A stretch of 64,000 nucleotides of DNA, from assembly GCA_002269645.1 (NCBI GenBank), contig NIVC01001733.1, positions 62,001 to 126,000 of the forward strand. Direction: 5' to 3'. The notes beneath the pieces are model-generated. The model saw nothing but the letters and a program-made list of their open reading frames with translations, was not told the DNA's origin and did no database searches. The translations under genes and the position numbers were made by a program. Positions 50,987 to 63,155 of this stretch are shown piece after piece; the stretch's first letter is position 1; every line of letters begins with the position of its first letter. The DNA comes from Macrostomum lignano (taxonomy: Eukaryota).

Positions 50987-52339
50987 TCAGCTTGACAGGG
51001 CAGTTGCACCGCTGCGGCAGCCAGTAACTCCGGATGGCATTAGAAGCGGAATCTCCACCTGCTGATGCTGCGGTGAAGCCGGCTGCCGCTGAGACTTGTG
51101 AAACTGGCTCGGCCGCCGGTCAGCGCCGCGCAAACTGTTGCGGCTGCGCTGGCTGGCGTTGATTTGGCGGCGCTGAAAGCAGCTGAACGTCTGCTTCAAC
51201 TCGCGTCTAAAGCGGCCGGCCGAGGCCACATACAAGTAGAAATTGCCAACATTGCTCAGGTACATGACCATCTCGGCCAGGGCCTCGATCAGGTAGAAGT
51301 TGGCAATGCTGCCCAGGTCGCTTGAGCGCGTCAGATCGAACAAGAAGATGGAGAGTTTCAATAGCGCGATGGGCAGTGTGCAGAGCAGGTAGCAGGCGCA
51401 GATCGTGACCAGCATCACTGTGACCTGTCTGGCCGATCGACTCCTTCTGGGTGACGCCGTAAGAGTGCGCAGCCGTTCAGCCTGCTGATCCTGATGCTGG
51501 TGCTGATTCTGACGGCCTCGACGACTGCCGCAGGATGAAGCTGAAGCAAAGCTGCCCTCCAGAGACGGATGTTGGCGGTGCTGCCGCTGATGCCGGGGCC
51601 GCCCCTGGTTACCTGGCGTGGATCGCCTCGTGCATTTCGGTCGCACTAGATGAACGATGATGGCCAGGTTGAGCAGGAAGATTACCGTGAACGGTATCAG
51701 CAGGTAGCAGACAGTGTCAAACCAATAGATGAAGTAGGCGATGCCCAAGGCCGGCCGCAGGTCGCAGTCGTGGTAGGTAAACTCGGTGGTCAGAGTGGCG
51801 TTGATGTCGGCGTTAAACTCGGTGAGGTTGCGAACCATGGGCAGCAGATCCATGGTGTACATCCAGTGCGAATTGAACAGCAGCAGGTCGGCTGCGTAGA
51901 TTAGGGCCGCGGTCCAGCGGATGCGGCGTCGGCTATGCGTGTTGGTGCTCGCCCGCAGCGGTGACATAACGGCGTAGAAGCGCTCGATTGTCATGGCAAC
52001 GATAAGCCACACGGAGGCATAGCTGAACGAGAACTGCACGAAGAACGTCATCTTACAGCTGAGGCTGCTCAGCGTCTCGATTCGGAAGCCGAATGCTTCT
52101 TTCAGCCATTTTGAAAACAGGCCGGTCGAGAGAACCATCTGGTCGGCCACAGCGATAAGTATTAGATAGAGGTACAGTGGCACCGACTTCGAATGCCGAT
52201 GTAAGACCACCATGCCCAGGATGTTGCCCGCGGTGCCCACAGTCAGCAGTATCGGCGGCAGCACACACTTCACCAGCTTGCTCAGCCGGTAGGCTTGGTA
52301 GTTGTCGTACATAAACTGCTCATAGGGAAAGACGTACAT
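50987..52339 (-). CDS. Rhodopsin-family (class A) peptide GPCR, FMRFamide/myosuppressin-receptor-like group; single coding exon
   Basis: Seven hydrophobic segments: GTAGN (TM1), LIAVAD (TM2), C in ECL1/TM3, MTIERF (DRY variant), PFTVIFLLN (TM5), YLLCTLP (TM6), NFYLY (NPxxY variant), then FRREL helix 8. First ATG at 52339; an in-frame acceptor at 52349 may indicate an upstream exon. Confidence 0.93.
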   Translation of the reverse strand: MYVFPYEQFMYDNYQAYRLSKLVKCVLPPILLTVGTAGNILGMVVLHRHSKSVPLYLYLILIAVADQMVLSTGLFSKWLKEAFGFRIETLSSLSCKMTFFVQFSFSYASVWLIVAMTIERFYAVMSPLRASTNTHSRRRIRWTAALIYAADLLLFNSHWMYTMDLLPMVRNLTEFNADINATLTTEFTYHDCDLRPALGIAYFIYWFDTVCYLLIPFTVIFLLNLAIIVHLVRPKCTRRSTPGNQGRPRHQRQHRQHPSLEGSFASASSCGSRRGRQNQHQHQDQQAERLRTLTASPRRSRSARQVTVMLVTICACYLLCTLPIALLKLSIFLFDLTRSSDLGSIANFYLIEALAEMVMYLSNVGNFYLYVASAGRFRRELKQTFSCFQRRQINASQRSRNSLRGADRRPSQFHKSQRQPASPQHQQVEIPLLMPSGVTGCRSGATALSS

Positions 52340-54371
52340 CCTGCTCAACTGAACTAGTTGATGTTTTGAGTAGATATTTGAATTGAGAGGTCGAAGTGAC
52401 TGCCAAAGACAGGCTCTGACGTTCTAATATCTGAGAGTGTTGTAAGTGAAGAGCAGAGACGAGTCAGAGGATGGTATAAATACTAACAGTTAGGGATCCT
52501 CATCCTCTCCTTCCAATTCCCATTTCCCCATTTCTCTCCTACCCTCTGATTTCTCAGATTGGAGGCGAGAGGCTGAAGTGAGTGAGGCTTCATGGCCGGG
52601 AACATTTGCCAGAGCAAATCAGATGAGCCGATCTCTCTTCTCTGGCCTGCCTCCCCGGCACTCTGCAACTTTCTCTGGCAGAGACGATAGTTTGGGACCG
52701 CGGAACTGCTACACAGCGGCCGGAATTGACGCAGCCCCGCCTCCCGCTGTGCATTGACTCCGACCGTTCTTGTTCCGGTGTAGCGAGATTCGCCACCTAT
52801 GTTAAAGATTAGGCTTTATGCCTGCTAATGGGATGCTAGTGGCAGCTGATTCCTATTAATCTTGGAATGATTGTTCTGGCTACTGTGATTAAGTGATGAC
52901 AAAACGCAATCATTTCCCAAACTGCAAAAAGACAAGCACGTTTCTTCGGCCTCCTACCCTTCATCCTCTGTGCCGAGCCTAAGAATCATTCTTTCAGATT
53001 TGCTCGCTTTCTTATCTCGCATCGCAGATCAGTCGCTGAGGCCCCCTCTCTCATCAGTGCTGCCTCAATTTTAGCTCATAAAATGTAGAATCTCACGATC
53101 TTCGTAACTTTTTCTCTCAAGCCTTCAATCTCGAAGGCGCACCTGCATTTTATTCAACAAAGGTGAGTCTTTGAGCTCTTATTGATGGCCTAATTAAGCC
53201 AAACTATGTAGCCAGCCTGCTGTAGTTCGTTGAGTCCTTGCAGAGCAGCCTCAGCATTCAGGGCGTCGCCATCTGCTCTACGGTGGAGGAACTGCAAAAT
53301 AGCTATAATTACTAACATTAGTAAAGTTTTATAATGAATTTTGCAACCGTGGTTTTAATTTTAACTTTAGAACTTTTTCAGCTGAACGAGGTTAAAAGCT
53401 GGCGTGGCTAAACATTGAATGAGCAATGTGGTAATTGCGCAAGCCACAGGTCAAGTCTCGCGCACGAGCCCCTTGCTGAGTATCGCTTTCTAGTTGTCCC
53501 TGATATTGATTTATTATCACCACTAAAGAGCCTAATGAGTTCCAGGTGGGTGAAGTCATGCCATCGAGACCGAAATTATGAAATGTCAGGCGCACAGAAA
53601 AGGCCGCAAGAAAGTCAATTCGATGCATTGCAGTTCGATTTCGCACCGATCTCACGTCCTTGAGGTGTTCTGAGACATCTTATCAAATTGAGAACCGAGC
53701 GGAGAGTCGAATTTAATGAATAATTAGTCAGTGTCAATCTTTTGAGCAGGAAACCCTCCTCACTGGGTGCGGGGCTTCTCACTGGGTCCGGCCAGTTTTT
53801 AAAAGCATTTTCAAAACCTGATCTTAGTTCTCGTTTGAGAAGCCATCGTTATCCATCTCTGCGTTTCTGTAAATTAAATGACTGCATACTTGCCAGGCAA
53901 AGTTTATCTTTGATATTTTTCATTTCGAGTTTTTGAAAATGATCCCGTCGTAAGAAACAACTGGCTAACAGGGGTTGCTCAAAAGCTGCTTCCAGCCGTG
54001 AATAGTGTAAATTACAGGTAGATTTGGCCAGACAGAAATACGCAGCATTTGCACCGCAGCGTCAAACCGGCTCTCATTACGACTAGGGTGCTTCGAAGTG
54101 GAACTTCATTGTTCTCTGTCTGCCCTTTCACTCTTTGTAGTCAAACTACTAGAAAGCGAGCTTAAAGCCACTAATCTGGTGCAAAGACAAGTGCCTGAAG
54201 CTATGGATGTAAAGCCCCGGAATAAGAGATGCAAATGAGCAGTTCTCCACTACCGTAATTTCATCAGTTCCCTGCCGGTGAAAGGAATTGCTTTTCACGT
54301 TAATTAGCTAGAATGGCTAAAAAAGAAATTATCTTTTGAATGTTTTTGTTAGTAGTGAAGCGATCTCATCT

Positions 54372-54485
54372 GAATGACAATTGACTGACTGCAATCTGAC
54401 TGCCGATGACAATTGACTGACTGCAATCTGACTGCCGGTGACAATTGACTGAATGCAATCTGACCGCCGGTGACAATTGACTAAC
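54372..54485. repeat. Short approx. 32-bp tandem repeat (TGACAATTGACTGACTGCAATCTGACTGCCGG), 3-4 copies
   Basis: Direct reading. Confidence 0.8.
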
Positions 54486-55739
54486 AGCGATTTACTAACA
54501 CAAGTTGACTGCCAACCCCGCCCTAATCCTGAAATCCTAAAGCTTTAGCTGTCTTTTAACTCCTCACCGCATGCTGTCACACACAGAGTCAGTTTCCCAA
54601 AACAGCGCGGTCGCTACAAAAAGAAAAGTGATGCGGAAAACATGAGGTAATGGACGGGATTGACAGAAAAACAAGCGGGCCGGAAACTTTTCCTTGCTTG
54701 TTAACCAAAACAAGTCAAGGATAGTAGGGTGTTGTTGAGACGCGGAGCATGTGATCCATTTCTGAGCAGGCTGTGCGGATTCGGAGAAATCCAGATCTTT
54801 TGGCAACGGGGCCGCTGATTGATGACGAAGGATTTTTCCTTTAATTATCCCAGCCGGACGGAGGCGCGATCTCGGCCCACCTTTTGTGGCATATAATTAG
54901 CGCATCATTCAGGCATCCGCCCGGTGCCTTGCTGCATGCCGGTTGCTGGAAATTGAACGGATTTCTTACACAGCGCCCGCTTCTTGTCTTGTCCAGTTCT
55001 GTCGCATAGGGGCGGCAGAAGGGCGTGAGTTCGCATCGGAGGGCGGGCGCCTTCTGAAGAGGTTCCTCTTCGAGATTTCGTTAATTAAGTTAGAGCTGAC
55101 TCGCCTGCAGCCAATCCATTAGGGATGGTCATGAGTGCTGGATCGAAACCGATCTTCGTAGGCGATTAATGAAGCGCCCAGTTGAAGACGCTTACTGGGC
55201 GACCATGGCCCTGTATGCTGGCAGTGCTGTGCATCCCTTTTCGCATGTAGACCTGTTCCTCGACATCTAAAAAAGAAGACGCCGAGCTCACAAAATTTAC
55301 CCGAGGCCGGTTGGAATTTTTCAGCTTTATAGGACTAAAATCGCCAATATCTCACCCTCTGAACTTCCGAATCAACTTCAAGCAGAGCAGGTAGTTCTCA
55401 CTGAGGTTGATTCGCGAGTTAATTAAAGTCTTTATTTGAAAAATATCATTGAAGACTTGCAAAACGCAAATGCATGCAGAGTTCTGTTCTCGAAACGGAT
55501 TTAGAAAAAAATGATTTTTCGTATGCAAAATATACAGAAAACGCTGTCAAGTTTTATAAAAAACATGGTGCGCCTCTGAGCACCCAAGGCCGCGAGCGAA
55601 AGCCACCCCGCCGACCGAATCCGAGCGCTGGCGCCAGTCAGCAGGCAGTCGACGAACCCATGCAAAGGTGTTATGCAAATGTGACTTTCAACGGTCAGCA
55701 GGCTACACCCAGCAGTGGGTATTGCGACTCGGCACGTAT

Positions 55740-55960
55740 GATATGGCTGCCAGCTGGAGTCACCAATGGCACAACAAGTCGCTTGGACGGACGGATCAAG
55801 GCCGGTGCGGCGATACAGTGCCGCGTTGGTAGCTCTGTCGCCGTCGATCTTGAAGGCCAGCGTGCGCCGCGTCAACTTGATGATCGAGCAGGTCTGTCAG
55901 TCTGTCCAAGTCTCGGTGTCGTAAACCAGGACGGTCCCAGCGCAGAACAACGCCGCCTTC
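55740..55960 (-). mobile_element. Degraded RTE-type LINE fragment
   Basis: VLVYDTETWT..TRRTLAFKIDGDRATNAALYRRTGL matches the RTE LLYG.ETW / R..L.I...D..TN..LY.R pattern. Confidence 0.65.
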
Positions 55961-57125
55961 TGGCGGTCAGGTAGGGGGCTCAAACGCCAGTACTGCCCTC
56001 ATGGAACGAAAGGCAGCCCAGGCAAGTCCAATGAGACCCACATTACAATAAAAAAAATCCGCCACATTACAATAAACCTAAAACAGCAACTGAACTTTCT
56101 CTGGAACTTTGCTTGTTTGCGAGTGCCAGGTAGCGTTGCTGTACATAATTTATTGTCATATCAAGGTAGGTTGAGGCAATTAGAGGTGAATTTCCTGTGT
56201 AAATATATAATTTAAATATTTTGTTTAAATTAAAACCTTTAAAAATACCTCAAATATTTTATTCTAGATGTACAAGGCTTGTTTTTGATAAAAAAAACAT
56301 GGTTGATTTAGATGACTATTGCGAGATTTGAGAGATGAGAGAAGATAAGAAATCAATCAATAAGGCTTGCCGCCCTCTTGACCCCGGAATGTGAAATTGA
56401 AAAGATAGGAACCATAAGCTTACCCAAATTTACGGTCTGGTAAAATTTACGCTGACTCGTGCGTCAATACGAGATGTCATTCCGGTAGAGTTGCTCGCTT
56501 TTCAAATTATTGGATTCTAGATGTCATTTAAGCACTCGTGACCTGCATGAATCATTCAGCGTTTCGCTTTTAAAAATCTCACAAGAAAGTTTTGCAAATT
56601 GAGAAAACTCTCGAGAAAGTTCAGCTTTAAACAGCTACTGTTTGATACATTTTACGAGCATATTGCTGGGGCGTGTACATTGTTGTCAACTTTCTACTGA
56701 TAAAAAATCTCCTCTTCCTCTTCCAAATAAACGTCACTTATCCGTGCATCTACTATTGCTTGTTGTGTGTTGGCTTATATGGTGTCAGTTCTTGTTTCTG
56801 TTTCAGTTCAATTTGACTAATGCCGTTTTGTAGCGAGTTGAGCCACGTAAAGTTTATTTGGAAGTAGCAGGGTGGAGGCGCGCGAGACAAAGGTCTAAAG
56901 TTATATAGGCCAGCGGTGTACACTGGGCAGCCAATCAACGCACAGCGACCGTGCACATAGCGCCGGCACTCCCGGCCGGGGTTGGGGTGGCTGCCGGAGC
57001 GCGCACGCGCGTGTGGCGTGACCGCCACAGTTTACATATTTCCAGGAGCAAATGCACTAATAGGCACTGTACATTCGATATATTCACAAACTTTCATATC
57101 CATACAAATATATGTTTGTTTAGGA

Positions 57126-57993
57126 TTTTGCGTTGCTCTTAAGCTTACGGGCAATTTACTTTAGCCTTGGGGCACAGACTTGATCCATTTATGCTCTATC
57201 GCAGTTTGAAAAGCTTTGAATCGGCCACCCAGTGGGTGGTGTTGTGGCAAGGGTATAATTTTAATGGGTCAATATGAGCAACATATGAGCAAATGAGGGA
57301 ACATAGGCAGGTGGTTGGTTGGCCATAACAAAGTGGGAAAATAAACAACAGCAGCTGCAACCCAGTTCTGGCAATGAGCCAAAATGAGCAAAACATGGAC
57401 ATGAGCAAAAAGTTTTGCAGCAGGTTTTTCATCTGAGCTAGGGTTAGAAGCGGGTTAGCGTTGATTTTGTCAACGAGGTGCTGCACAAGGACTACTTAAG
57501 TAGTCCTTGGTGCTGCAACATGGGCAACTGCAAGTTTTGGTACTCGGCCGACGCCTTGGCCTTGGGGGAATCGATGACGGCGTCCAGTAACTTCGTATCG
57601 CCTTCGGATTGACAAAACAGTCTTAATGTTGACCTGGAACCATCGCGCAACGTCGACCGGCCGCTCACCCCTGTCTAGGGCGTCGATGACGAGGCTGTGC
57701 TTTTCATCGCTCATCCTTGACCACGGTCTACGTTGTCATCCCCCAATTCCATCTGGTGCAGTTTCATAGCTAGCGTTGCTGGCCTCATCTTCCGAGCTCA
57801 TGTTGCTGCGAGCCTTAGCTTCTAGTTCGCTTTGATAGAGCATGAATGGATTGGGTCAGTGCCCCAAGGCTTAAGTAACTTGCCCGCCAGCCAACGGTTC
57901 GGGCCATAGACTTGATCGGCAGCTGCCCTCGCCAGTGTAATCCTGCCACTTAGGATCAAGTGATTTGCCCGTAAGCTTAAGTGCAACGCAAAA
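57126..57993 (-). mobile_element. Tc1/IS630-like element remnant with imperfect long inverted repeats and a broken paired-like HTH transposase
   Basis: TTTTGCGTTGCTCTTAAGCTTACGGGCAA (57126) is inverted at 57965-57993, with a second inverted block at 57165-57190 / 57845-57872. Coding remnant: DVARWFQVNIKTVLSIRRRYEVTG..GRVPKL..LVDKINANPLLTLAQM. Confidence 0.75.
57486..57509. mobile_element. 24-bp perfect palindrome flanked by an 8-bp direct repeat (TIR-only mini-element or excision footprint)
   Basis: GTGCTGCA|CAAGGACTACTTAAGTAGTCCTTG|GTGCTGCA. Confidence 0.8.
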
Positions 57994-58744
57994 TGCTATA
58001 CAGTATTCTACTAGCAACACGACTTCAAACTTTGCAATTCATATATAATATCGCTATCTAGTAGAGTCTTTTTACCATAGAGAAAGTTTTCAAGCGGGCC
58101 TTGGAAAAAATTCCTACCATAGATCTTTTATTCTTATAGATGTATAAATGATATTTGATTCCTACCAAGTTTAAGTTCTGCGTCCTGAGTTTTTGAGTAG
58201 TCCTTGGGAAATACTTGCATTTGTCCGAATGCCCAACAAGTGTCCTGTATATGGCTGAAAATCCGAAAACGACACTCTGGGCAATAGCGAATGAAGTGTC
58301 ATTTCACCGGTTTCCTAAGAAAAAAGAACTCCTTGCAAAATGTCTTCGAAATCTATCTAGAAAGGCAACGTTCCAACCAACCAATTACACTCGCATCTGT
58401 CTTTGCAGTTCGTCGAGTCGGACAGCTGAGTCAGAAACCTGCACAGAAAGAAACGGAAAACCTAGTGATGATCCCGATGCTCTCTCCTCTCCCAGAGAAA
58501 ATTGAAGCCAGAGGCGGTTGCCACTCAATTCAGCAGCACAACTACAGTATGCCGTACTACTTTACAAAGCCTCCACTAACTGAGAGATCTGACAAAGCCT
58601 CGGCATCGCGTCGACACGAGGCCGATTTTGTTGTCCCAGAGCAGTTGATAGCAGACTTCTTTCATGAGGATTCTTTCAACTCGTTGGAGCAACCAATACA
58701 AAAGTTTCAGGCCGAGGCGAAGCTACCTGATTCATTTCGTTCTC

Positions 58745-60115
58745 TAAAAGCTGTCACAAGGTCCAGTAAAGAGATTGAAGGCTCGGCTCTCTAAGAGCCG
58801 TCACAACGTCCAGTAATGAGATTGAAGACTCGGCTCTCTAAGAGCCGTCACAACGTCCAGTAAAGAGATTGAAGGCTCGGCTTTCTAAGAGCCGGCACAA
58901 GTTCCAGTAAAGAGATTTAAGGCTCGGCTCTCTAAGAGCCGTCACAATGTCCAGTAAATAGATTGAAGACTCGGCTCTCTAAGAGCCGTCACAACGTCCA
59001 GTAATGAGATTGAAGACTCGGCTCTCTAAGAGCCGTCACAATGTCCAGTAAATAGATTGAAGACTTGGCTCTCTAAGAGCCGTCACAATGTCCAGTAAAT
59101 AGATTGAAGACTCGGCTCTCTAAGAGCCGTCACAACGTCCAGTAATGAGATTGAAGACTCGGCTCTCTAAGAGCCGTCACAATGTCCAGTAAATAGATTG
59201 AAGACTCGGCTCTCTAAGAGCCGTCACAACGTTCAGTAATGAGATTGAAGACTCGGCTCTCTAAGAGCCGTCACAATGTCCAGTAAATAGATTGAAGACT
59301 CGGCTCTCTAAGAGCCGTCACAATGTCCAGTAAATAGATTGAAGACTCGGCTCTCTAAGAGCCGTCACAACGTCCAGTAATGAGATTGAAGACTCGGCTC
59401 TCTAAGAGCCGTCACAATGTCCAGTAAATAGATTGAAGACTCGGCTCTCTAAGAGCCGTCACAACGTTCAGTAATGAGATTGAAGACTCGGCTCTCTAAG
59501 AGCCGTCACAACGTCCAGTAAATAGATTGAAGACTTGGCTCTCTAAGAGCCGTCACAATGTCCAGTAAATAGATTGAAGACTCGGCTCTCTAAGAGCCGT
59601 CACAACGTCCAGTAATGAGATTGAAGACTCGGCTCTCTAAGAGCCGTCACAATGTCCAGTAAATAGATTGAAGACTCGGCTCTCTAAGAGCCGTCACAAC
59701 GTTCAGTAATGAGATTGAAGACTCGGCTCTCTAAGAGCCGTCACAATGTCCAGTAAATAGATTGAAGACTTGGCTCTCTAAGAGCCGTCACAATGTCCAG
59801 TAAATAGATTGAAGACTCGGCTCTCTAAGAGCCGTCACAACGTCCAGTAATGAGATTGAAGACTCGGCTCTCTAAGAGCCGTCACAATGTCCAGTAAATA
59901 GATTGAAGACTCGGCTCTCTAAGAGCCGTCACAATGTCCAGTAAATAGATTGAAGACTCGGCTCTCTAAGAGCCGTCACAATGTCCAGTAAATAGATTGA
60001 AGACTCGGCTCTCTAAGAGCCGTCACAATGTCCAGTAAATAGATTGAAGACTCGGCTCTCTAAGAGCCGTCACAATGTCCAGTAAATAGATTGAAGACTC
60101 TCTAAGAGACGTCAC
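58745..60115. repeat. 47-bp satellite (AAGAGCCGTCACAATGTCCAGTAAATAGATTGAAGACTCGGCTCTCT), about 29 copies
   Basis: Direct reading; period 47; CGGCTCT-CTA-AGAGCCG hairpin across unit junctions. Confidence 0.97.
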
Positions 60116-61036
60116 AGAGCTCGGATTTTTTTCCTTTTTTGTCGCAGCTCTCGTTAGCCGCTGCCAAATCGATGCGGTAGGCTCCTAGAAGAAAAGGCCA
60201 TGCTCGTAGAACTTATGCACAAATACTACATCCACCTCCGAAAATTGAATTCAGATATAATTTGGGTCTGAAAAATCCTAATATACTACTTTTTGGGTAC
60301 GAGTAGTTAATTGTTTCGGTTGTAATCTTAAAAGCTTTATGCAATGAAACATTCTAAATCAATCAGTTAGTTCAATTCGAGCTATTACATGTATGTGGAA
60401 AAAATAAACTGCAAGTATTATATGTATAGTTATCATGATTATTAATTATAAAATACTAAATTTAAATTTTAAAACAGTGGCAGCATAAAATTCAGTTAAG
60501 TCTGCAGCAGCGGTATATTTATATAAAAAACTTTAACTTCCCATTTATGTATTATCTCTCGTTTTCCCAATCGGTTGCCAGAATGTTTTGCAGTTCAACT
60601 CGCCGCAGCACTGCTTGATCCAAATGACGGTCACACTTTCGTGGCTATCCGTACCTGCAACAAAGGTGTTGCAATTTCTTTTTATTCAGAAATGATGCAA
60701 TGCAATCCCGCCTGTACGTGTATTTCTAGGCGTTTTAAAGAGCGGAGTCGGGATGGTATGTCTCGCGGTTTTCTAGTTGCGTCTAGCGAAGCTACAAGGC
60801 TCAGGTCGGACATATTCTCCCTTCTGAACTTTTCTGATGAGGAGTTTCGCTCTGCACTCGAACTAAATCGAGTCCCTCTTTGTATGCCACCGCTTCACCA
60901 TAGCTGCAACTGTCTACGGTGCACTGAGCACTGAAGTTTGCTGATTGTATTGGATACAAACTGATCATCTACGGAATTAACTGGAAGAAAATTTTGGGAC
61001 TGCTCAGCTCTAAGCTGAGTAGATGAGCCACTCAGA

Positions 61037-61303
61037 TGCTCACCTCAAATCCCCGCTGCCGTGCTGGATTCTGTACAGAATGCGGCGCAACTCCTGGCGC
61101 AGAGCTTCCGTGTTGGCGAACTGCCGCTTATCAGCCGCAGCCACAGCGACCGCAGCTTGCAGGCCGGGTCTACGGAACCAGTCGAGCGGCTTGTCCGGGT
61201 CGGTCGAAGACTGGACGGCGCGCTGCGACACTGCGGAATCGCGACGGTCAACAGCCACAACAGCAGCAGAATGGCTCTCGAAGACTCGATCATGGCCGGA
61301 ACA
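61037..61303 (+). CDS. Possible coding exon of an unidentified gene
   Basis: cactcag| acceptor, open frame (AVLDSVQNAAQLLAQSFRVGELPLI..), and |gtgaga donor; no recognisable motif and the strand is ambiguous. Confidence 0.25.
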
Positions 61304-62791
61304 GTGAGAGCTGTTTAATCTGCGTGGGTGGCGAAGCCTCAGGCCCCCACGCTTGCATTTGTAGCTCAGCTGGGTGCTGCTAAATTAGATGACTGCTATC
61401 GTGGCTACTGATTGACGCATGGCCAAATTGATGCTCCCGTTTTTGGCCCAGCAAACCCCAACTATCTCCCTCTCTATCCAGGAAGTCAAACTGCTGAGCA
61501 CATTAGCATCTGCAGTCCCATAGCAACGTCGCAGTGTAATGCCTAAAATTGCGACTAAAACAGAGCCAAGCTCCGCCCACCCCCGCATGCGGTGATGCCA
61601 GTTGCGGCTTTCAGTCATTTTTGCACGGATCGAAAACGAAGATCAGGCAAGAAAGAGAATTCTGCTTGCTTCCATATTTCGCGACTGTGTCCATAATTGG
61701 GGAGGAATGCCAATGAGTGAAAGCCGGCTGCCAGATGGAAAAAATGTCCTCAGACTGAGGGCTTGAGTAACACGCAAGTGGCAGTTGCTGCTTTAAGAGC
61801 TGATATCACTTTCCGAAGAAGGCTAAATTGACTCGACTGATGGAGCTGGCGATGCGAGAGAAAAGCAGAATCGCGAGTTTGTTCGTCAGCGGTGAGATGG
61901 CGATAATGCATTTCTCGGTCGCTTGGATCTTCCAGGTCCTGATTTGCCTTGCTGATACCGCTAGCGACCGGACTACTCCCCGGCCTTCCAGCCCATTGGC
62001 ACGGTCAAACACCTTAGGGATTAGAGGGTACGATAAGCAGTAACACAACCTGCGGACTGGCGAGCCAGACCAGCATACCCAAGTTCGGCAAAAGCCACTG
62101 GATGGGTGGCCAGCGTCGGAACCTGAGCACAGTCTGTCCAGCAGCCCTAGGGTCTGCCTTAAACACTCGCGGGGACGGGTACCCCTGGGTCGGTTTGCGA
62201 GAAAGCGTGGGAGAGTCTGCGGCTGCCAGAGGCAAACAGGGAATGCAGACCTTCCACCGGCCTTAACCTGCTGAAGATAGGGGCAGGCGTGAAGCATCGC
62301 AGACCTTAGCCCATAAGCCTAGCCTGTCTCGTACTTCACTGGCGTGCTGAATTCGACTTTCCTGTACGTTGTACGATAGATTTTATGCGCTATTCCGATA
62401 GATGAAGATAGTCCTGGTGCTAAGTTGCCTTAACTAGATACGGCACTCCTTACGAGCGTAGAATCTCATGGCGCAGGAGATAATGGGATCAATAGTTTGA
62501 ACTAACAGAAACACACGGCAGCAGCAGCCCGCATGGTCAACAGATCGAGGAGATCGCACGATCTCGGACTTAGGTGCAGCCTCTTCGTGGCATCCCGGAG
62601 GGCAGGTCATCCTGGCCCACACTAAAACACTTATCCGCCTGGATCCCGCCCCCTCCCGCATGCGCCCTTGGAAATCAATGTGGGTTGCTTTAAATTGGTG
62701 AACCAACGCATTTCGGTAGATCAAAGGTAATCTTCAGAGTCTGTGATCTATTTAACGCACATGTTGTGTCGCGCACTTTTGCAGTGCAAGT

Positions 62792-63155
62792 GCATCGCAG
62801 CAAATCCCCCAGTAAGCCTTGACATCGCAGCAAATCCCCCAGTAAGCCTTGACATCGCAGCAAATCCCCCAGTAAGCCTTGACATCGCAGCAAATCCCCC
62901 AGTAAGCCTTGACATCGCAGCAAATCCCCCAGTAAGCCTTGACATCGCAGCAAATCCCCCAGTAAGCCTTGACACTGCAGCAAATCCCCCAGTAAGCCTT
63001 GACACTGCAGCAAATCCCCCAGTAAGCCTTGACATCGCAGCAAATCCCCCAGTAAGCCTTGACATCGCAGCAAATCCCCCAGTAAGCATGGACATCGCAG
63101 CAAATCCCCCAGTAAGCCTTGACATCGCAGAAACTCCCCCAGTAAACCTTGACAT
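62792..63155. repeat. 30-bp minisatellite (GACATCGCAGCAAATCCCCCAGTAAGCCTT), 12 copies
   Basis: Direct reading. Confidence 0.96.

Noticed and set aside
58291-58794. 167-aa ORF as a gene
   Set aside because: No recognisable motif or supported splice partners, and it ends inside the satellite; left unassigned.
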